Assembly: GCA_019313915.1 (NCBI GenBank)
Contig: JAFDAJ010000001.1
Location: forward strand, 33,369-97,368
Reading direction: 5' to 3'
Source of the DNA: Deltaproteobacteria bacterium
GTDB lineage: Bacteria; Myxococcota_A; Polyangia; Polyangiales; Houyiibacteriaceae
DNA: 64,000 bases
Positions 48,446 through 56,082 of the stretch are shown one piece after another. The notes beneath the pieces are model-generated. The model was given only the letters and a program-made list of their open reading frames with translations, was not told the origin of the DNA and did not search any database. The translations under genes were made by a program, and so were the position numbers. Every line of letters starts with the position of its first letter. Position 1 is the first letter of the stretch.

Positions 48446-49439
48446 CCCTCACGACGACGCCCAACAAGTGATGGCTGCCAACAAGGCGGCCGTCTCCCGC
48501 GCCTTGAACCTCGTCGAGGATCGACGCCCCGAAGCCCAAACGGGCGTGACCAAGCTATTGGCTGAGCTCAAAGATGCACCCAAGGCAGCCGGTGGTCACC
48601 GCGTCGGCCTCACCGGACCGCCCGGCGTTGGAAAGAGCACACTGACATCCGCGCTCGCGCGCTCGGTTCGACAGCGTGGTCGCACCGTCGGAGTCGTTGC
48701 CATCGATCCCTCCAGCATACGGTCGGGCGGCTCGTTGCTGGGCGACCGCGCTCGTATGAGCTTCGATCCCTCGGACGAGGGGTTGTTCGTGCGTTCACTC
48801 GCAACGGCCGGCGTAGTCGGAGGCCTTGCCTACGCGGCCAACTCGGCCGTGCGCGTCTTGGCCGCCGCCTACGACATGGTCGTCATCGAAACGACCGGAG
48901 TCGGCCAGTCGGAGATCGACATCGTTCACGTGGCGGACACCGTCGTGCTCGTCATACAGCCAGGAAGCGGCGACGTTCTTCAGTTCCTGAAGGCCGGCAT
49001 CATGGAAATCCCAGATATACTGGTTGTAAACAAAGCCGATCACGACGAGCTGGCACAGCGCGCCGTCTCCGACCTCCGCGGTGCCCTTCAAACCGCCCAC
49101 GCAGTAGGGGCCGGCAGCGGGCAGGACGTGAATTGGGAGACGCCGATCCTCGCGACGAGCGCGACACAAGGCACCGGAATTGAGGAGCTCATCGACACCC
49201 TCGATGAGCATCGGCAACACCTCGATGCGACGCTCGCGGGACGCCGTCGCCAAGGCGAGGTCCAGTGGACCCTCGACCTTTTCAGCCGCAAGCATGGCGA
49301 GCACGGGGTTTCGACCCTAGGTGGCCTAGCGCAGCTGAAAGCCCGCGCCGAACGAGACCTCGACGGCGGACAAACGCCGTTGAGCCTTTGCGAACGCTTG
49401 AGCCGAGAGTATGTAACCGCGCTCGGCAAGACACCGTGA
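48432..49439 (+). CDS. meaB: Mutase-associated G-protein chaperone (MeaB/ArgK family)
   Basis: 335 aa with the P-loop GPPGVGKST, the switch region ETTGVGQSE and NKAD (VVNKAD). It overlaps the mutase 3' end by 14 nt. Confidence 0.88.
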   Translation: MPPSDPHDDAQQVMAANKAAVSRALNLVEDRRPEAQTGVTKLLAELKDAPKAAGGHRVGLTGPPGVGKSTLTSALARSVRQRGRTVGVVAIDPSSIRSGGSLLGDRARMSFDPSDEGLFVRSLATAGVVGGLAYAANSAVRVLAAAYDMVVIETTGVGQSEIDIVHVADTVVLVIQPGSGDVLQFLKAGIMEIPDILVVNKADHDELAQRAVSDLRGALQTAHAVGAGSGQDVNWETPILATSATQGTGIEELIDTLDEHRQHLDATLAGRRRQGEVQWTLDLFSRKHGEHGVSTLGGLAQLKARAERDLDGGQTPLSLCERLSREYVTALGKTP

Positions 49440-49446
49440 GGAACAC

Positions 49447-50667
49447 ATGAGTGAACGTCCAGATATCGTCCCCGTCGGTCAAGTCCCAGAGCTAGGCGCC
49501 GTGCCCAAGAAGATGCACGCCTACGTGATTCGCCCGGAGCGTTTTGGCGAGCCCAATCAATCGTTCCAGCATGAAGAGGCGTCGGTTTGGGAGCTCGGTC
49601 CTGGCGAGGTCCTCGTGCAGGTCATGGCTGCCGGCGTGAACTTCAACGGGGTCTGGGCGGGGCTCGGCAAGCCGGTCAACGTCCTCAAGGGTCACGGTCT
49701 CGACTACCACATCGCTGGCTCCGATGCGTCGGGCGTCGTGTGGGCGATAGGCCCTGGGGTCAACGGCCACACGGTCGGCGACGAAGTGGTCTTGCACTGC
49801 AACCATCTCGTGAACCCGGGCACCGACGACCTGCAGACCATCTGGGGCTACGAAACCCCCGACGGGTCGTTCGCGCAGTTCACCAAGGTGCAGGCGCAAC
49901 AGGTGCTGCCAAAGCCCGCGCACCTCAGCTGGGAAGAGGCCTCGAGCTACGGCCTCACCTATTACACGGCACACCGCATGCTGGTCGACCGCGCCAAGGT
50001 CCAACCAGGCGAAGATGTGCTCATCTGGGGTGCCGGCGGCGGTCTCGGCGTGTTCGCCGTGCAGCTTTGCAAGGTCATGGGCGCGCGCGCAATCGCCGTC
50101 GTATCGAGCGACGACAAAGCCGAGCTCGCCATGAAGCTCGGCGCACATGGAGTCATCAATCGCAGAGACTTCCCGGCGCTTCAGTACAAAGACGACATGA
50201 CCCCTGAAGAACAGAAGGCGCACAGCGCCGACCTCAAGGGCTTTGGCAAGCGCATTTGGGAGATTCTCGGCGAACGCAAGGGCCCGGACGTCGTGTTCGA
50301 GCACGTCGGCAAGGCGACCTTCCCGGCCAGCGTGTTCCTAGCAGCAAAGTACGGTCGAATCGTCATCTGCGGCGCGACTACCGGCTACAATCTGAACTTC
50401 GACGTGCGCCACCTTTGGATGCGCCAAAAGAGGATCATCGGCTCGCACTTCGCGGATGCCGATTCCGCGCGCCGCGCCAATCGCCTGGTCATTCAGGACA
50501 AGGTCAAGCCTGTCATGACGCGCCTCTTCACATGGGAAGAGATTCCCGAGGCCCATCAACTGATGTACGAGAACAAGCTCCACGGCACTGTCGCGTGCTT
50601 GGTCGGTGCGCCCCGGCCCGGACTCAAGAACTTCGAAGAAACCCTCGCCGCGATGGCGAACGGTTAG
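49447..50667 (+). CDS. ccr: Crotonyl-CoA carboxylase/reductase
   Basis: 406 aa, closely collinear with characterised Ccr: MAAGVNFNGVWAG, YHIAGSDASGVVWA, IWGYETPDGSFAQFTKVQAQQ, FDVRHLWMRQKRIIGSHFA. Confidence 0.88.
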   Translation: MSERPDIVPVGQVPELGAVPKKMHAYVIRPERFGEPNQSFQHEEASVWELGPGEVLVQVMAAGVNFNGVWAGLGKPVNVLKGHGLDYHIAGSDASGVVWAIGPGVNGHTVGDEVVLHCNHLVNPGTDDLQTIWGYETPDGSFAQFTKVQAQQVLPKPAHLSWEEASSYGLTYYTAHRMLVDRAKVQPGEDVLIWGAGGGLGVFAVQLCKVMGARAIAVVSSDDKAELAMKLGAHGVINRRDFPALQYKDDMTPEEQKAHSADLKGFGKRIWEILGERKGPDVVFEHVGKATFPASVFLAAKYGRIVICGATTGYNLNFDVRHLWMRQKRIIGSHFADADSARRANRLVIQDKVKPVMTRLFTWEEIPEAHQLMYENKLHGTVACLVGAPRPGLKNFEETLAAMANG

Positions 50668-50675
50668 GAGCAGCC

Positions 50676-52289
50676 ATGCAGCAGATCATCGACGCTATTG
50701 AGGGTGTTTACCGGCGCGCGCATGACAACGTGAAGGCACTCGTTTTCGAAGGGGATCGGATCAGCGCGAAGAAGCTGAACGAGAATCAACTTGCCGCGCA
50801 TGCGGTCGCGTACCTGGCAACCGAGCTCGAAGCGTGCCGGCAGATGGCTGCATGGGCCGAGCGTGTGGGCGGAGACTACGAGGGCAAGGTGGCGCGCGCC
50901 TACGTTGGCGAGGTCGCCCGCACGATCGTCGGCGGAGTCGACCTCGGCGCATGCGAGAACATCGGCCTGGGCGAGCTCGGAATCACCGAGGCGGATCTAC
51001 GCGAGACTGTGCTTCGGCCAGAGGTCGTCGCGTTTTCCAAGGAGCACGCCAGCGGCCAAGTGTACATCCAGCTCGCGGCCCACGCGCGGGACCACGGGTT
51101 CCCGAGCCCCGGGTTCGACGACGAGATGCTCGATGAGATCCGCTCGCAGTTCTCGAAGTTCGTCGATGCCGAGGTCGTTCCCCAGGCACAAGAAATCCAT
51201 CGCAAGGACGCCTTGATCCCGATGGACATTATCGACCAGATGAGCGAGCTCGGCGTGTTCGGGCTCACCATCCCCGAGCAATACGACGGGCTCGGGATGA
51301 GCAAGGTCGCGATGTGCGTCGTCACCGAGGAGCTATCCCGCGGTTACATCGGCGTCGGGTCGCTCGGCACGCGCTCGGAAATTGCTGCTGAGCTGATCAT
51401 GGGTGGCGGCACCGAGGAGCAGAAGCAGAAGTGGCTTCCGAAACTCGCTGCGGGCGAGGTGCTTTCGACCGCGGTCTTCACCGAGCCTAACATTGGCTCG
51501 GACCTGGCCCACCTTGGAACGCGTGCGGTAAAGCAGGATGATGGCAGCTATGTGATCAACGGGCAGAAGACGTGGATCACGCACGCGGCTCGCGCGGACT
51601 TGATGACTGTCCTGGCTCGCACCGATGCTGGCGAGCCGGGCTACCGAGGCCTGTCGATGTTCCTCGCCGAGAAGACGCGACGTAGTCGCGACGAAGGCGA
51701 AACGGAATTCGTCGACGAGGGCCTCACCGGCACCGAGATCAAGGTACTCGGCTACCGGGGCATGGGCGAATACGAGCTGAGCTTCGAGGACTTCAAGCTC
51801 CCCGCAGATTCGCTGCTGGGCGGCGAGGAAGGCGCAGGATTCAAGCAACTGATGCGCACATTCGAAAGCGCGCGGATTCAAACGGCCGCGCGCGGCGTGG
51901 GCGTGGCGCAAGCTGCTCTCGAAGACGCAATCCTCTACGCAACCGAGCGTGAGCAATTCGGCGGACCGATCTTTCAATTCCCCCGCGTCGCTCGCAAAAT
52001 CGGCCGCATGGTCGTCCGCATCCAGGCCGCCCGGCAGATGACCTATTTCAGCGGCCGCGAGAAGGATCAGGAGAAGCGCTGCGACCTCGAAGCAGGCATG
52101 GCGAAGCTCTTGGCCACGCGCTCCGCGTGGGAAGCCGCGGACGCGAACGTCCAGATTCATGGCGGAAATGGCTATGCGGAGGAGTACACCGCATCCCGCC
52201 TGTTGGTGGATGCGCGAGTCCTCAGCCTGTTTGAAGGCGCCAATGAGATTCAGGCACACGTCGTCGCGCGCCGGCTTCTCGAAAGCTGA
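50676..52289 (+). CDS. mcd: Acyl-CoA dehydrogenase with an N-terminal extension, probably (2S)-methylsuccinyl-CoA dehydrogenase
   Basis: 537 aa from MQQIIDAIEG, with AGGAG 5-10 nt upstream of the start. It has an ACAD fold preceded by an extension of roughly 150 aa, as in Mcd. The position after ccr supports the call. Substrate specificity is inferred from context only. Confidence 0.7.
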   Translation: MQQIIDAIEGVYRRAHDNVKALVFEGDRISAKKLNENQLAAHAVAYLATELEACRQMAAWAERVGGDYEGKVARAYVGEVARTIVGGVDLGACENIGLGELGITEADLRETVLRPEVVAFSKEHASGQVYIQLAAHARDHGFPSPGFDDEMLDEIRSQFSKFVDAEVVPQAQEIHRKDALIPMDIIDQMSELGVFGLTIPEQYDGLGMSKVAMCVVTEELSRGYIGVGSLGTRSEIAAELIMGGGTEEQKQKWLPKLAAGEVLSTAVFTEPNIGSDLAHLGTRAVKQDDGSYVINGQKTWITHAARADLMTVLARTDAGEPGYRGLSMFLAEKTRRSRDEGETEFVDEGLTGTEIKVLGYRGMGEYELSFEDFKLPADSLLGGEEGAGFKQLMRTFESARIQTAARGVGVAQAALEDAILYATEREQFGGPIFQFPRVARKIGRMVVRIQAARQMTYFSGREKDQEKRCDLEAGMAKLLATRSAWEAADANVQIHGGNGYAEEYTASRLLVDARVLSLFEGANEIQAHVVARRLLES

Positions 52290-52322
52290 CGGGCTCGGCC
52301 CGAGCGGCCATACTGCCCCGGG

Positions 52323-54068
52323 ATGAGCCCTGATCGCGTCGGCGGTGGGTGGAGGCCGGTTCACATCGCCTTCGCCGTAGTGCTCGCGCTACAGGTCTTC
52401 TTGGCCGTGTGGGGCGTCGCCGATCAATGGACTCGCGGCCACAACGGCTGGAACGGTTCCGCATATCACAACGCCGCGCGCAACACGTTGCGTTGGGACG
52501 TTGTGTTCCCGCTTCAGTACGAAACCGCCAACGTCCCTCCCAAGAAAGAGCAACTCTACACCCACGCGCCGCTTGCGTTGCACTTACACAACGTTGCCAG
52601 CGTGAAAATTTTCGGCGACCGCGAGCTGTCAATCCGGCTCGTGGCGGGCTTCTGGAGCGTGGCCGCGCTCTGCATGCTGTTCGCGGTCGTGAGACGCCTT
52701 TGGGACGACGCGCACGCCCTCGCTGCATCCGCGATCTACGTAGCCCTCCCAATCAACGCGATCTACACCAACATGGCCAACCACTCGGCCGGCTTCATCT
52801 TCTGGTCTCTACTCACCCTCTATCTCTATATCCGAGCCATCCGCGCCCCCCCCTGGCGCCGCCTAGACTTCGCCCTCTTCCTGGCAACCTTCGCCGTCGC
52901 CGCCAGCTGGGACTGGCCCGCCTACTACATAGCCGCCTGCATAGCCCTCCACTGGACATGGACCCTAGGCGATAGCGCCGGGGCAGTGGGGCGGGACAAA
53001 CTGCCGCCGGAGGCGTCCGGCGAGAAAGGCAGGCTGCCCTCTTGGTTGTGGCTCGCTGGGTTTTGTGGGTGGGTGGTTTTGGTTTTTGTGGGGCATTTCG
53101 TGTTGGTTGAGGTGGTTACTGGGAACTTGGATGAGTTGGCGGGGGCGTTTAATACGCGGCGGGCGCTTTCTTGGGGACGGTTTCGAACGCACTTGCTGGT
53201 TGTACCGGAGCTGATGTTTACCGCACCTGTGCTTGGCCTGTGCGTCGCGTGGTTCGGGACGTGGTGCGTTCGTGCAGCGCGCGGGACGGCACGCGCACGG
53301 GACTTGGTGCCCATCGCATTTCTGATCGCGGGATTGATTCACTACTGGACCTTTCGCTGGAGCGCGGTCGTTCATTCGTATTGGGCTTGGCCTGTGCTTC
53401 CCGCGGTGGCCATTGCGGTTCCGGTGTCACTCTTTGCGATGGCGCGATGGATTCGCGAGCGGGCGGGGGCTTTGGCGAGCCTCAGTGTGTTGCTCCTGCT
53501 CATCCCGCTGGCGATCCGCATCGTTCACATCGTTCCCGAGGGGCGCTACGTCGGCGGCGCGATGTGGTTCTTCACCCCGGTACGCGGCGCGATGGACACC
53601 TACGATTCAGGACGGCCGGAGCTCCGCTTCGCCGAGCGTGTCAAGGAGTGGACCGACCGGGCTACCGGGGTCCAACTGCATACCAGCCTCAAACCACTTC
53701 GACTGGAACCCCGCTTCGACATCACCCTCGATCGCGTGACCCATCGTTGGTCACAGAATCCCCGCATCGAGATCCCAAACGACCAGGGAGCCAGTGGGTG
53801 GGTCTTCGTCGCGGCGCTGGATGCCTTTACCGAAGAGCAGCGTGCTGCGTTTGCCTCCCGCCATCCGTACCGTCAATTCGGGGACTACTTCATGCTGGAC
53901 TTGCGAAAGGAAGCTCGCGACATCGAGGCGTGGGGCCTTGCCCCGCTCGCGATCACGCCCCGGTGGTGGCTTTTGCACAATGCTGTCGAACCCCCCGTGA
54001 GGGCGACGCGGCTCATCGCGACGGAGCAAGCCCTCGACGAAAAGGTGGCTGAGCTCGATGCCCCATAG
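52323..54068 (+). CDS. Polytopic membrane protein, GT-C fold glycosyltransferase-like (ArnT/PMT family resemblance)
   Basis: 581 aa with about 11 hydrophobic segments followed by a soluble C-terminal domain. The overall architecture and first-loop region resemble GT39/GT83 enzymes. I could not verify the catalytic motif by eye. It overlaps the next gene by 11 nt. Confidence 0.55.
   Translation: MSPDRVGGGWRPVHIAFAVVLALQVFLAVWGVADQWTRGHNGWNGSAYHNAARNTLRWDVVFPLQYETANVPPKKEQLYTHAPLALHLHNVASVKIFGDRELSIRLVAGFWSVAALCMLFAVVRRLWDDAHALAASAIYVALPINAIYTNMANHSAGFIFWSLLTLYLYIRAIRAPPWRRLDFALFLATFAVAASWDWPAYYIAACIALHWTWTLGDSAGAVGRDKLPPEASGEKGRLPSWLWLAGFCGWVVLVFVGHFVLVEVVTGNLDELAGAFNTRRALSWGRFRTHLLVVPELMFTAPVLGLCVAWFGTWCVRAARGTARARDLVPIAFLIAGLIHYWTFRWSAVVHSYWAWPVLPAVAIAVPVSLFAMARWIRERAGALASLSVLLLLIPLAIRIVHIVPEGRYVGGAMWFFTPVRGAMDTYDSGRPELRFAERVKEWTDRATGVQLHTSLKPLRLEPRFDITLDRVTHRWSQNPRIEIPNDQGASGWVFVAALDAFTEEQRAAFASRHPYRQFGDYFMLDLRKEARDIEAWGLAPLAITPRWWLLHNAVEPPVRATRLIATEQALDEKVAELDAP
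52846..52853 (+). repeat. C8 homopolymer inside the GT-C-like gene
   Basis: cgc gcc ccc ccc tgg, encoding RAPPW. It is one of only two runs of 8 or more identical bases that I noticed in the window. Confidence 0.9.
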
Positions 54069-56082
54069 GTCACTCGCACCCGGGCTAACCTTGTGGGCCT
54101 CGGCCTATGTGGGATGGGCCCTCTTCTTGCCCGCGGGCCTACTACCGCAAACCTCTGTATCGATCGCGCTTCTAGGTCAGTTGTTTTGGCTCGCGCTCGT
54201 CGGCTCGGTCCCGACGACGTTGATGTTGGGGGCCGCGTCTCGAATGACCCACGCGCCTAGAGGTGCGATCGGGGCCTCGGCGGCGGCAGTGCTCATGTTC
54301 GGGGTGGCCCTCGGCTGGGAGCACACCGACTTCCTGCTTTCGGGCCCACAATGGATGTTTCACCCACAGCGCCACGTGGCGCGCATCGTGATGGTCTCAG
54401 CCTTCGGTTTGGTCGGAGCAGGAGGTTGGGTGTGGCTGATCCTCGGCACCCGCATCGAACGCAGGCAGCGGCTCGCAGCCTGGATCGCGTCCAGTCTGTG
54501 CGCAGTCGGGCTGCTAATGGCGGCTATCGTGCGCTACCGGGCATACGACTACTCGATGGCGCAGTTGGTCTTCCCAGCGGGTGTCCTCTCGGGCGCGATC
54601 GTGTACCTGCTCGTTCGCGAGTCTCGACACTGGCCGATCGTTCTGGGCGCCGCCGCACTGTGCGTGCTGATGGGCGCTGGCTCGCGCTTCGAACCCGCGC
54701 TCGTCGCGACCGGTCAGCGAGAAGTGGTTGCGCACAGCCGAGCGGCTGCGTTGACGACCCTCTACGTGCTTCCCCACTTCACCCGCGAGGAAACATGGTC
54801 TATCGCTGGTAAGGCATGCCCGGAGCCCAGGGCCGTCGTCGAGCAATCGCCGATCGGGCTCGAGCCAAATGAACGCCGCAATGTGATCATCGTCACGGTC
54901 GACGCCCTTCGAAACGACATCGTGGGCATGGAAATCGGTGGACGCCCGGTGACCCCAGAGCTGACACGCCTCGCGAAATCCGGCGTCTCTTTCACCCACG
55001 CCACATCGACCTATCCAGCCACCCTCTTCGCTGTTGGGAGTGCGTTCACCGGCTTGAGCCCCGCGGAGCTCTATCTCTCACCTGCGCTCCCCGACACGAT
55101 CTTCACGCGCGCCCGCGCTCACGTCGACCAACAGCTCGCCGTCCTTCCCGACGTCAGTTGGTTTCGGCTTCCCATCGTCCAACAGTTCCTCGCACCTGGC
55201 GCAGAGACCGCCTTCGCGCCAACCGATGCCGCCGCCACCGATGCCCTCATCACGCGGCTCCAAGCTGCACGTGCCGACGGCGCCTCCGTGATGGCCTGGG
55301 TCCACTACTACGCGCCGCATGACCCATACCAAGCACACAGCGATTTTCCCTTCGGTAGAGGCAAGAAGAATGCCTATCTGAGTGAGGTGGCGTACTTCGA
55401 CCGGGAGCTGGGCCGCCTTATGCAGTACTTGAACGAAGACGGCTGGCTCGCAGACACGCTGGTCGTTTTCTTTTCGGACCACGGCGAAGCCTTGGGCGAG
55501 AAGTCCTACTGGGGGCACCACGTTTACTTAAACGGCTGGATGGTCGACGTCCCGCTGGTGTTATGGCACGCGAAGCTGCCTGCTTCGAAGCCGCGCGTTG
55601 GCGTCAGCCTGGCGGACGTCGCTCCGACGGTGCTGCACTTCCTCGGGTTGCCCGCTCCTTCGGACATCCCCGCACAGAGCCTCTTCACGCTGGACCCGAA
55701 CCTCCCGAACCGCCCGTCTTTCTCTGAGGCGTTCCCTGTGCGCGGCCGCGAGCTCTTCGACAGCTTCCGTCTCGCCGCGCTCGATGACGCATCGATTCGG
55801 GCTAGGCTCCGCAGTATTCGCGTGGCGAGCAAGGGGTACGAGCCCAAGGGCGCGATTACGCTTGGCCGCTATCGCTTGATTCACCATCGCGGCGCTGACA
55901 CGACGCTCTTCTACGACCACCAAAGCAACCCAGGTGAGGAGATCGACGAGGCTGCTTCAATCCCAGAAGCCGGCAAGCTCCTTCGACGCGAGCTCGATCG
56001 GTGGGAGCAGGAGCAACTCCGGCGTGTCGAATGCCGGCTTCAACTCACCGAGGACCGGCCGGCGATATCTCGTCCTGAATGA
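54058..56082 (+). CDS. Membrane-anchored alkaline-phosphatase-superfamily (sulfatase-like) hydrolase/transferase
   Basis: 674 aa with about 6 N-terminal TM segments followed by a sulfatase-fold domain (NVIIVTVDALRND, FFSDHGEALGE). The nucleophile position reads TSTYPAT, without a C/SxPxR sulfatase signature. This points to a Thr/Ser phosphotransferase type such as EptA/LtaS. Confidence 0.8.
   Translation: MPHRSLAPGLTLWASAYVGWALFLPAGLLPQTSVSIALLGQLFWLALVGSVPTTLMLGAASRMTHAPRGAIGASAAAVLMFGVALGWEHTDFLLSGPQWMFHPQRHVARIVMVSAFGLVGAGGWVWLILGTRIERRQRLAAWIASSLCAVGLLMAAIVRYRAYDYSMAQLVFPAGVLSGAIVYLLVRESRHWPIVLGAAALCVLMGAGSRFEPALVATGQREVVAHSRAAALTTLYVLPHFTREETWSIAGKACPEPRAVVEQSPIGLEPNERRNVIIVTVDALRNDIVGMEIGGRPVTPELTRLAKSGVSFTHATSTYPATLFAVGSAFTGLSPAELYLSPALPDTIFTRARAHVDQQLAVLPDVSWFRLPIVQQFLAPGAETAFAPTDAAATDALITRLQAARADGASVMAWVHYYAPHDPYQAHSDFPFGRGKKNAYLSEVAYFDRELGRLMQYLNEDGWLADTLVVFFSDHGEALGEKSYWGHHVYLNGWMVDVPLVLWHAKLPASKPRVGVSLADVAPTVLHFLGLPAPSDIPAQSLFTLDPNLPNRPSFSEAFPVRGRELFDSFRLAALDDASIRARLRSIRVASKGYEPKGAITLGRYRLIHHRGADTTLFYDHQSNPGEEIDEAASIPEAGKLLRRELDRWEQEQLRRVECRLQLTEDRPAISRPE

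Noticed and set aside
52978-53100. G-quadruplex motif in the G/T-rich segment (GGGG-cagt-GGGG-c-GGG and GGG-ttttgt-GGG-t-GGG-...-GGGG).
   Set aside because: The first cluster has only three G-runs. The second needs a 16-nt loop to reach a fourth run, outside the canonical loop limit of 7 nt or fewer. I folded this into the composition-anomaly finding.
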